This document shows, one piece after another, positions 36,197 to 52,700 of a stretch of DNA of 64,000 nucleotides (position 1 is its first letter; each line of letters starts with the position of its first letter). The notes under the pieces were generated by a model, which had not been told where the DNA came from, did no database searches, and saw nothing but the letters and a program-made list of their open reading frames with translations. The stretch is from Heteronotia binoei. Its lineage: Eukaryota. The position numbers and the translations under genes were made by a program. The stretch is from contig NC_083234.1 of assembly GCF_032191835.1 (NCBI RefSeq), forward strand, positions 2,108,001 to 2,172,000. Direction: 5' to 3'.

Positions 36197-37678
36197 ATGG
36201 CCATCTTCAGCGTGTACGTGGTGAACAAGGCCGGCGGGCTGGTCTACCAGCTGGACCACTACGCGCCGCGCACCGAGAGCGAGAAGACCTTCTCCTTCCC
36301 GCTGGACCTGGTGCTGCGCCCCCATGATGAGCGCGTGCTCGTGGCCTTCGGGCAGCGCGACGGCGTCCGCGGTGAGGAGGGCGGGAGGCCGGGCGGGAGG
36401 GCGGGAGGGGCGGGGGCCCGCCGGGAGCCCTCCCTGACTCTCCCGCCTCCCCCGGCAGTGGGCCACGCGGTGCTGGCCATCAACGGCCTGGAGGTCAACG
36501 GGCGCTTCACGGCCGACGGGAGGGACGTGCTGGACTACCTGAGCAACGCCGCCAACTTCCCCCTCGCCATCCGCTTCGGCCGCCCGCGGCTCTCCTCCAA
36601 CGAGAAGCTCATGCTCGCCTCCATGTTCCACTCGTGAGTGCCCGGGGCGGGGGGGCGGGAGGGCTGGGCTGGACGGGGCGGGAGGGCTGGACGGTCCGGG
36701 CTGACGGGCGGCTCCCGCGCTGCAGGTTGTTCGCTATCGGCTCGCAGCTGTCTCCCGAGCCCGGCAGCTCCGGCATCGAGATGCTGGAGACGGACACCTT
36801 CAAGCTGCATTGCTACCAGACCCTGACAGGTAGGGCGGTGGGGGCCGGGGGTTGGGTGAGGCTCTGGGCCGGTCTGCAAAGCACCAGCCTGGAGGCTTTG
36901 GGAAGCTGCTCTCCCCACAGGGGCAGCTGTCGGTTTTCTTCCTTCCCCTAGGGATCAAATTTGTCGTTCTCACTGACCCACGGCAGTCGGGGATAGATGC
37001 CCTTTTGCGCAAGATATATGAGATTTATTCAGACTTTGCTCTCAAGAACCCTTTCTATTCCTTGGAGATGCCAATCAGGTACTGATTTATTATTCTTGCA
37101 CCTCTATGGAGCTATACAAGCCACCCCCCGCCCCACCAGAATCTACAAGCATGTGCTGGTGTACCATTTGTCAGCTTCTTGCCTTGAATAACTTTCTTTG
37201 TGCTCCAAAATGAGCCCTTTCCCCAGTGCCAGGATCACAGAGATGCCGCGAGCGGTAATCCTATGAAGGACAGCAAACAAGCATCACGCAGTTGTGTTGA
37301 GATGCTCTTTTGGATTACTGCAAGGGGCTCCTTTTCTCCGCAGCAATAGCTGTTCCTTGCTGAACTGACATTGAGTACAATGTAGCTGAAGCCCAATGTC
37401 ACAGCGTATCTGAGCTATGGCGAAGGCCACTTGAGCTGGGTTGTCACTTCCTGGGCTGGCTTGCATATCTAGACATGTGGCTACTGCTGCACATACTTCT
37501 CCTTTTAGGGCCAGTCCTGCATCAATACAACGTTCCAAATAGGAACTTTGCTTGTAAGCCCATGCAGAATTTCTGTCTTTCTCTCCATTGATGTTTCAGA
37601 TGTGAGCTCTTTGATCAGCACCTGAAGCTAGCCCTGGAAGTGGCAGAGAAAGCAGGACCGTTCGGACCAGGCCTATAG
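36197..37678 (+). CDS. TRAPPC4: Trafficking protein particle complex subunit 4, 219 aa
   Basis: Exons 36197-36371, 36459-36633, 36726-36829, 36952-37078, 37600-37678; [18 protein letters not shown]...[20 protein letters not shown]; AATAAA near 37933. Confidence 0.97.
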
Positions 37679-38594
37679 GACAGATTTGCCGTTTCAGCCT
37701 CTCAGTGGATTTTTCCCAGTGCCAACTGAGCCAGAGCTGGTTCCCTGGCAAGTTGTGCTTCTTGCTCTTCTCCAAGCTGGATTTGCAGCCAAAATCACCA
37801 CTGAGGTGCTTGGCCAGGTCTAGGGAAGCTGTGAGCTTAGCTCAGTCATTTCCTAGGACTGCCTTGTATATGCATATATGTGTGTGTGGCTGTTACAGTG
37901 TGTGCTTCTCCTTGTGGCTGCAGCATTGTGTAAATAAAGCATTCTGAGAAGAAGCTTGAATGATGAGCTTGTGTGCTGAAGCATAGCAGTAAGCTGGAGA
38001 AGCCTGCAGGGAAACAGGGCTTAACGGGGCATTTGGAAGGGGGCTCAATGCACAAGACGGGAGGCTTCTGCTGCACCGTTTATTTGTCAGTGGACACACA
38101 CCATTACAGGGAACTGATTGGGAACCATCTCAACTCTCAGTGCAAGATGTTCTCCTAATAGGAGCTACCAAACTGCTGGGTGCTGCATTGTTTCACTACC
38201 AGAGAGACAGATGTCCGGGGGAGGAGAGGTTGGTGATAGTAGTTTTGCTTCTAAGGCTGCATGACGTGCAAATATCCCACAGGCGTAGCGTTGATACACT
38301 GTCCTAGCACTAGACGTGTTTGGCAATCCTTCCCTAAGCTCAGTTGCATTTCTCTGAAGCACACAGGCAGTCTTAGAAGACAACCATATACCACTATGGA
38401 AAATGAGGTAGTGAGTGAATCCATCCTTCCCTGTTGCTCACGCAGCTTGCAGGTGGGGGTGGGTGCAGTTCTGCTCACCTGCCACCATTCCTGTAGTGAG
38501 GGCAAAGGTTGGTTGGTGGGTTCTGGGCTGCCAATGGTGCTGCCACTGCTTGGCTGTTGCCGGTTAATCAGGTCCACCTGGGATGAATGGCTCA

Positions 38595-43230
<4,636 letters not shown>

Positions 43231-43600
43231 GGCCCCGCTGCCGCCTCCTGCGCGCCCGACGGCCCCACACACGCCACGGGCAGCAAGGGGCGTTGCAGCC
43301 GCTCCGCCCGCCCCTTCGGCCCCGGCAATGATTAACGCCGCCCGGGAGGGGAGGCGCGCCCGCCGCTCCCCGCCTCTTGCTGCTGCCGCTGCCGCAACGG
43401 GGCCATCGGACGGCTGCCCGCGCTCCCTCCCTCCTTCCCTCCCTCCGCCCGCCTGGCCCCGGCCAGCCAAGGTCACGTGCCGCCCTGCCGGCGCCGCGAG
43501 AGACCCGCTCGGCCACAAGGGGGCGCGCCCGAGACCCCAGCTTCGCCCCCCCCCCCCCCCCCAGGCAGAGGCCAGGCCAGCCGTAGAAAAGCACGTCGGT

Positions 43601-43608
43601 TTTATTGG
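43601..43608 (-). promoter_or_regulatory. Predicted HYOU1 poly(A) signal overlapping a CCAAT box (CCAATAAA)
   Basis: First minus-strand AATAAA I could find downstream of the HYOU1 stop; U-rich GTGCTTTTCT follows; 370 bp upstream of the SLC37A4 ATG. Confidence 0.55.
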
Positions 43609-45083
43609 AACCAGGATTTTTAACAGAAGGAAAGGCAGTCACCCCCAACACCAGCCCCAACCCCCCCCCATGAGAGCTGGGGCCCGAAGGGCGGCGGGGG
43701 GGGCACTCTCTGCTCACCCACCTGCCATCTTCCCTCCCGATGGGGGCTGGCTGGGGGTGCTCAGGAAAACCCCCACATCCAGGACAGAGGGGGGCACACC
43801 TCCCCCCGCCCCCCCCCCAGACAAATACTTTTCAGGAAACCCAGGAATGTACATTCGAGATCCCCCTGCCCCCGCACAGTAGAACGCACGCCAGGCGGCA
43901 CTGAGGTATACAGACGACAAAGGCTGCAATCCCCCCCCACCCCGAGGCCTCAGGGCCAGAATGCACTTTGAGGCCACAGCACCACCACCCGCTAGGCCCA
44001 GCTCCCATGACCAGCTCAGACAACGGCAGGAGAAAGGTGCGCTGACAGGGCTGGGGCTGGCTAAGGCCTGCCCCTCCGCTTCCACCCCCAGTGCCACAAC
44101 ACCCCAGCTCCTCCCCTTGCCCCAGCCAGATCCAGGGAAAAGGGAAAGGAGCCGCTTGGTGTTTTGTCTCCAGCCTCCGCTGCTGAAAGCTGAAACCTCA
44201 GGCTCACTAGCTGGGCGAAGGGGGGCATGTCCAGCTCCCTTCATTCAACAGAAGGTGCGTGCACAGGCACAGGGAAGGGGCGCTCTTTGGCAGGGTGCCC
44301 AGGCTTCCATATTCCATGAGCAAACCTGGCACTGCCTTCCCAGAGCGACAGGGAATGCTAGTGGAAGCTCACTGGCGAGAGCTGTGCTGCAGAGCAAAAC
44401 AGAGACAGCACATGAGGACTGCTTGTGGCTCAGTCCCACCGGAGCAGCCAGGAAGGCCCTTTGGGGTTCCAGCAGAAGGAACAGGAAGGGCCTCACCAGC
44501 TCCTCCAAAGCTACCAACGTTTGGCAGGACAAGTTGCCAAAAGGAGGACTTGTGCAGCGGAGCAAACACTTGCCAGGCTCCTTGGCACCCTTCCGGCTGC
44601 CTGTTGTGTGGCTCAAGGAGTCCCTTCCTTTAGGCTCTGCTGCTTTTTCACCAGTTTTTGTTGTATGGAGAAATGGCATCAACTGCTCTGCCCCACATTA
44701 AAGCGACAGCTGGAGGGTTCAAGTTGTTTCCATTTAAATGGAGCTAACACACACCATTCTTAGCAGGATGAGGCCTGGCACAGAGTACTAGTGCCTAAAA
44801 CAGTTTGACAGGCAGCGGGTGGTGGCTGTGATAATTCCAGTGGAAGTGCTGCAAAACGGGGCGGGGGGGGCAGCCAGCATGGAACTCTGTGTCATCCTTG
44901 ACACAGCAAACAGAGACAACACACACCAACAGTAGCAACCAGGAAATCCCCAACAGCAACAGGAAGGGGGGGGAATGTACAGCTCTACTTTCAGCCTGCC
45001 GTGATCCACCAACCAGGTCCCTTAAGAAAACAATGGAGTTAACTGCAAATAAATAGACATTGACAAATAACATTTCAGAACTG

Positions 45084-48000
45084 TTATAATTCGTTTTTTC
45101 TGGTGTCTTCTCTTGCTTCTGGCTTCTTTTCTGTTTGTTGGTCTGTAATAAAAGAGAAGCAAATTAATCAGGATATGTATTCAGCAACACATAAGACAAG
45201 AGACTCAACTCAGAACGTCCAGAAAAGAATATTTCCAGCTACAAGAGATTGGTGAATCGTCATGGCACACAGAAAAGATCACAGGGCCTGCTTGTGCTTT
45301 CTCTCTCTCAAACTGTGTAACAAGGCAATGGCCGGAACAAATGGGGCTTTTTCTCTGTGGGGCCATCCACAGAGAAAAACCTGCCCCGGCTCATTATTAA
45401 TACCTAGCCTGGCTGAATAACAACAGGATTTGAAACAGGGATGAGCAGAAGGAAGGAAGCAGATTCTCTTTTAAGAAAACCTGAGAATGTTTGTGCAAAG
45501 GGCACTCCAGGGATGGCAGATAAGGAGAGCTGGGCAGGGGTAAAACAAATGGCAGAAACACAACTTATTTTAGGATATATTGCCTTCTATTGTTCCACCC
45601 TGTGAAAGCCCCTTCTGCTGCTCGTGAATGCAGAGTCCAGGAGCTGCCAGGGAGGCAAGAGGAAGACTGGTCCTAACAGCCCGCTGATTCTACCCCTTAC
45701 CTGCGTCTGCTCTTGAGTCGTCCGATACGAAGCTCTCCAGTGTGGGGGGCTCTTTGACTGGGCTGGGATCATCTGGTTTCTCTGTCCCAGCAGAAATGAA
45801 AAAACGCAGTTAGGCAGTCTGGATTAAGCTGCACCCAACTGGAGAATTGTTGGGACACATGCAATGGTGCAGACCCCCACCCTCAGCCATTTTCATCATG
45901 CAGGTTTTTTTTGGGGGGGGGGTGTCTTCTGAGGACCACTCTGCTCACTGTGGTGTTCAAGTATCCAGAGGACTTAAACTCCTGCCTCCCTGCTCACCTT
46001 CTCGCTTCTCCTCCTTTGGAGGAATTACTTTCTCGCTCTCGGGAGGCACAGTGGCATTCTTGCCAGCTTCTGTTTTTGTGGTGTTCTCTTTTTTCTTGGG
46101 CTTGGCAAACTTGGCCTTGTTGAGGAGGTACTGGACTTCCCTGTCCAAGGCGGCAATCTTCAGGTCAATATCTTTGGAGAGCAAGACGGGCTTCTCTGTG
46201 GGGGCCAGCCTGCTCTGCTCAGCCAGCGTCTCGTTCTTCCACAGCTGGAATGACAAATCAGCCCTGAGCAATCCTTCACCGGCAAGGCCTGTCGCTCTCA
46301 GTGCTGCCCTCTGCTGGGCACCAACCCAGGCAAGTTCTGTCTTTCCCCCTTTGCAGCTGCCCTTCCCCCCCCCCCCCGCTCCCCCTACATCACTGGATCA
46401 CATGTGAACTAAACTGTGCCATCCAAAGGGGGGACCAAAAGATGCTGTGAGGAGAAGATCCCTTCCCAAGCACCCTTCTTACCGCTGTTGCATTGATAGC
46501 TGTTTCCAAGGTGCTCAATTCCACCTCTGTGAATATCTGGTCAGCCTCTGGAATCATTCGTGCTCCCCTGAGAAGCAAACAAGACCCTGGCTCATTTCCT
46601 CACACTCTCAAGCAGGCACACATGAGCAGTGGCCTCAGGCCAAGTCCCCCAAGCGAGGATTCTGCAGATGGCTCCAGCAGGAGCTCCTTGACCTGGGAAT
46701 GCCAGGGACCAATCATGCCAGGAAAGCAGGCACTCGGCTCCTGAGCCCTCCCATCACCTCCCTACTGTGGGCAGCCAGCCTCCCCCAACTGCCAGGCAAG
46801 CTGTCCCTTCAGCTCTGCCAGAAGACACAAGCAGTGGCCTTTGGAGCCTCAAACAGACACGCAAGAAGGTGGTGCTAAAGTGAGAGGGAAGGAGAAAGAA
46901 GAGCTGGCCAATGGCCATTTCAAAGCAACACAGGTTTTGGAGAGGCAGGTGGGCGTTGTGCCCCTTCAGGAAGTCTGGCCTCACAAGTTCTGCCTGTCCC
47001 CCTGGTTTCCCACTGAGGAGGTCAGGGCAGCACCCACGGCTTCCTGCTCCTCTGCTTCATCCCCGTGAGAGTAGCCCAGGATCACCCAGTGAGATTTACA
47101 GCTGCGCAGAGCTTTGGTGCTGGTCTCTGCAGTTCTAGCCAAGACATTAAACTCACTTATGCCCAGCAGGGCACGTCATGCTCAGCGTATCTGGGCTTCC
47201 CTGTTTAACTCAGACAGGGAACCAAACCTCCAGATTCTATACAGAGTGCAAAACAGAGCAGAGAAGCACACCCAAGCAAAGTATCCTTACTTCTGCCCCA
47301 GTTCCTTCACCTGCACAGCCCCAGTGCCCTGGCGGCCCAGCCACACCCCTGCCCTGCCTTTCCTCTCTTTGGCTGCAGAGATCTGATCTGGCTGACATCA
47401 CCATGCTTTCATAGAACCATAGAGTTGGAAGGGACCTCCAGAGGAACTGCTTTGACGGTCAGGAAGGTCTTCCTGATGTTGAGCCGGAAACTCTTTTGAT
47501 TTAATTTCAACCCATTGGTTCTGATCCTACTTTTCAGGGCCACAGAAAACAGTTCCACCCCATCCTCTACTCAGGGGTTCCCAACTCCCGGGGAGGGGAC
47601 CGGTCCCAGTATGCAGCCTGTTTGCAACCGGGCCTTCACTCCCTGCCCCGACACCCCCCCTGCTGCTGCTGCTGCTGCCTCTGCCCTTGCAGCACCAACA
47701 TGCGGCTCCTTCAGGACGAGGCTCAGCTCGCCGCCACTGCCAGCCCACCCTGGTCCACCCCCCCTCCCTGCTTCCCCAGGGCCTGGCCTGATTCGAGGTT
47801 TGAAGAGCAGGCTGGAGGAGGAGGAGTTTCGCCCCTCTCTCACTTCCTTCAGCGCGCTCTTCAAATGACTTCCAATCAACCAGGCCCTGGCGAAGCAGCG
47901 GCCCCAGCTTTCTTATGGTGTCCCTCTGATCCGGGGGGGGAGAGGAGCTGCCGATGGCGCTCAGCCCTACTGCGGTGCGGTAGCGCCCTTTCCATGATCG

Positions 48001-49656
48001 GGTGATGGGGGGCCCTTTACACAGCCCTGAGCAGCTCCTTTCCAGACATTGTAACTGACCTGGTGTGGGGAAGGGAGGTAGGGAGAAGGGGGGGAACTAG
48101 GCTTTGCCTCCCCCCCCCATTGTGCCTAGTTCCCCCCCCTCCTCCCTCCCTTCCCCACACCAGGTCAGTTACAACGTCCCAAAAGGCCCCTGAAGGGCCT
48201 TTATTTGCTTTATCTTTCTTTCTCCCTTTCTGTTTTTTTCCTTCTTTCTTTCTGTTTCCTTCCTTTGATGTTCATGTCTTTCAGCTCTCAAACATCTGAT
48301 TTTTATTCTCTGTGGCTCTTATGTTAAGCAAGTTTGGACACCTCTGCCCTAGAATGATGCTGTGATGATTAAAAATACCATGCCTCCAACTGATAGAAAG
48401 AAACTAAAAAATAGATTAAAATATCAACAATAAATAAATAATGGGTGACAGGGCAAAAACTGGGGTACAGCTATTTGGTGTAGTGGTTAAGTGTGCGGAC
48501 TCTTATCTGGGAGAACTGGGTTTGATTCCCCACTCCTCCACTTGCACCTGCTAGCATGGCCTTGGGTAAGCCAGAGCTCTGGCAGAGGTTGTCCTTGAAA
48601 GGGCAGTTGCTGTGAGAGTCCTCTCAGCCCCACCCATCTCACAGGGTGTCTGTTGTGGGGAAGGAAAGTAAAGGAGATTGTGAGCCGCTCTGAGACTCTT
48701 CGGAGTGGAGGGTGGGATATAAATCCAATATCTTCATCTACCTCACAGGGTGTCTGTTGTGGGGGAGGAAGGGTAAGGAGATTGTGAGCCACTCTGAGAC
48801 TCTTCGGAGTGGAGGGCGGGATATAAATCCAATATCATCTTCTTCTATGCCTCCCCAGTGAGCTTCCAAGGCATCTAGCTGGCCAGCTCTAGAGACAGTG
48901 TGCTGGACTAGAAGGACCTTTGGTTTGATGTGACACGTCAGGAACAGGATTGAAAATAAAACAGCCAGGATCCTAATGCTATTACATAAATCTATATCAC
49001 AGATGCATTTGGAATAGTGCCCACAGTTGTAGTCGCTCCACTTCACGAAGGACGCCCAGAGCTGGAAAAGGTGTACCAACTGCAACCAAGGAGGGCCCAG
49101 AGCTCTGTGACTGTCAACTGAGACATGCAGCGAGGGACTGTCCCTTTTAATATAGGCACCTATGGCTTTTGTTTTGGACTCTTGAGGACTACAATCCGTA
49201 TTTTAAAAAATGTTTCTAGCCCTCATTGTGCACAGATATTCAGAGACAGGAGGAGTGCACCTGCTAACACTCTATAGGTAGACGATATAGAGTGTTGAAG
49301 GCTAGGACAAACAGATTTAAGGACAGTTTCTATCCAAGTGCTGTGGTTAGGTTAAATGCAGGGTTATGAAGGATTATCTGTTTTAGATGTATTTAATGGT
49401 TTAAATGGTTTTAATGGTTTTATGAATGTTTAATGGTTTTATGAATGTTTATTTAATGGTTTAAATGGTTTAAATGGTTTTATGAATGTTTATCCGTTTT
49501 AGATGTATTTAAATGGTTTTAATGGTTTAAATGGTTTAATGGTTTCAGATGTATTTAAATGGTTTATGAATATGTGTGTTTGATGTGTTGGTATGTTTGT
49601 GGAAGAGCACCTCATTTCGTTGCTCTCTTTTTGTTGAGAACAATGACAATAAATTC

Positions 49657-49725
<69 letters not shown>

Positions 49726-52700
49726 AAATTCAGCTGGGGAGAGAACTGTAAGTAATTTCTAAGGATTAGAAAGCGGTAGAAAGTTAAAGTTGCTTTCTTT
49801 CCACCCCTCCCTCTCCCATCTCTTTTCCTTTCTTCCTTCCCATTACTAATCTGAGTAGGGGGTGGGGGGAGAGAAGCTTNNNNNNNNNNNNNNNNNNNNN
49901 NNNNNNNNNNNNNNNNNNNNNNNNNNNNNNNNNNNNNNNNNNNNNNNNNNNNNNNNNNNNNNNNNNNNNNNNNNNNNNNNNNNNNNNNNNNNNNNNNNNN
50001 NNNNNNNNNNNNNNNNNNNNNNNNNNNNNNNNNNNNNNNNNNNNNNNNNNNNNNNNNNNNNNNNNNCCTTCCTGTCTGCCTGCCATTTCATGTTTTCTCA
50101 GGCTGAGAGCATTTTATATTTTTAGTTTTCTGCTGTGTGATCCTTGTGCTTTTTCTTTGTGTTTTATTTTTAAACCCGTATTGCAAAATCCCACATTTCT
50201 CCGACCTTTCCTAAGCAAAATATTGCAAGAGTTTTAAGCATGTTTGTACATCATTTCCTGTCTTCTGGCTCCACCCCCAAATTTTAGTGGGCCACGAAGG
50301 AGAAGTGTAAAAATAATCGGGCCACGGGGAGGGAAAGTTTGTGAAACCCTGCTCTTTATGACAGCCCTTCAAATACTTGAAGATGGTGAACATATCACCT
50401 CTCAGGCGCCTTCTCTCCATATTAAACATCCCTTAAGGCTTTAAGAGTTTCCAGTTCAGCTTCTCTCAGGAACTACCCACAGCAGAGAGCTTGAAGGAAC
50501 TGCAGTTCTCCCCCACAACCCCGCGCGCTCGTACTTGAGGAAGATGGTGGAGTGATTGAGCAAACTTTCCAGAGCCGCCAGGTGCTCTGGCCACTTCCTC
50601 CTCTCCTCCACGCGGAAGAAAAGGCCCCGGCACAACTTCTTCAGCTCCATGAGCCTCTCTTTTAGTTCCTGTGAATGGGAGCAGAAATGAAACATTTACC
50701 ACAGACTGGAGTGGTGCAAACCTCAGCCAGCAGCAGTCCGAGGAAAGGGCTGTGGCCGGGAGGGCTAGGTCAGTGTCAGAAGGGAGGACCAGCTGGGTGC
50801 TGTGCTGCCTGGGAGAGCCATGGCAATCCAACAGTTACTTGCTCCCACCTCCTGGCCCTGTCTGAGGAAACCTAAGCCCCTGGAAAACAAATACACCCGC
50901 TGGAAGCAGGATAATTCCCAAGAGGCACACTGCAGGCGGCATCGTGGCCCAGAAGAATGGCACATGCTTGCTATGCTAGAAGCCCCAGGGATCTCCAGCT
51001 AATACGAGGAGGACAGTAGGCCAAATGGTGTGAACCGACTTAAGGAAGTCCCAAACCTTAGTGGTGGCTGCAAAGCCTTCCTCTTCCATCCAGCTGGAGG
51101 CTTCACTGAGCTTCTGGAGAATTTCTTCCCTCTCTGTCTCAGACGAAACAAGCTGGTACTCCTCCTGATAGAGTTTGTCCTGGGAAGAGAGGCAAAGAGT
51201 CTGTTCTCCCAAGTGCAGCAGGCTCTTCAGGCTTCCAACAGGAGCTCTTCCTGATCTAATGAGCCTGACCCCAGGAAGCAAAGCAGCCTCTGCTTCGCCC
51301 AGCAGAAGAGCAGCGGCATTCCAAGAGGGCGCCAAGGAAACCTACACAAAGGAGCCACACATGCACACTGCGACTTCTGCAACTCCAGACGTGCAGAAAG
51401 GAAATGGTCCCACAGCAACAGGTGCCATCTGCATGTGTATCATGTGGCACCCCCACCCCCCAGATGACATCCTGGTTCACTGAAGAAAACTTTTTAAAAG
51501 CTGGCTGGGAGGTCAGAAAGACGGGGGAGACGGGAGGTTGGGGGTGGGAAGGGAGGCAGAGCAGCACTGCAGGGGTGTGGGGACTAACTGGGCCCGAGTG
51601 GGGAAAGCACCCACCAAAGGGGCAGAAGGGTCTTCCTGGACCTGAAGCATCGCCGCCCGTGGCCCCCTCCTCCGCCTACCTGGGTCTCAAAGGTGAAGGC
51701 CTCCAGGCTGTTGGCTGCCCTCTCCCTCTCCTGCTTCTCAAGGTCTCTCGCAGTCAGCTCCTGCAGCCTGGGGTGGGAAGAGAACCAGGTCTCAAAAGAG
51801 CAGACAACAAAAAGCACTCCTTTGCGCTCCCAGCACACCCGTCTCAACTCACAGGCGAAGGGGCGAAGGATGGCCTGGAGATTCACCCCAACCTACTTCT
51901 TGATGGAGTCCTGCAGTTCTTCCGGCAGAAGCTCAGGGATGTCATTAACATCGAGCTCCACAGTGATCTCTTCCACAAGCTTCTGTTTCTTTGGAGGCTT
52001 CAGCTTTTTCTCTCCTTCTTCTGCCGTCTCCTGCGCTTTGGCATGGTCACCCCCGGGGCTCTTGGCAGACTCCTCTGCCTTCCCGGATCCCGGCTTCTCT
52101 TTGGCTTCCTGCAGAGGACACAGGATCTCAGGATCAAGAGATGTTCCTCGCAGGGTGTTCTTACCTGGGTGTTTGGCAAAATCCACAGGCCAGCCACATT
52201 TCAGAGGGGGAGTCAGTAGGGCCGTGCAGGCCCAGCATGCATCTCTGAAAGGGTACACATAGCCAAGGATTTTAAGAAGTGGAATCTCTCCTCTAGAGAG
52301 CCAGCTCAGACAACACTTGAACATGAGAGAAGCCCTCCCACCGCAAAGAGCTCAATGTGCAGCAAAAGCCTTCTGAACTTGGTTGGCAAAATGCTCTCTG
52401 CAATCTCTTTATTTTATTCAAAATATCATCCTCTCTATGCCACTTAAGTATTTAGATTTATATTAGGAGTCAGCCAGTCCCAAACCACTTCTCTAACCAG
52501 ATGCAAAAGCCTTCTGGAGTTTGCTGGCAAAATGCTCTCTTAATACCACCTGAGAGAACAATTTGCCAGCAAAACTCAGAAAGCTTTTGCATCTGGTTAG
52601 AGAAGAGTTTCAGGACTGGCTGGCTCCTATTAAGACAGCATTTTGCTTTTGCATCTGTTCAGAGAAGAGGTTAAGGACTGGCTTGCTCCCAGTATACACA

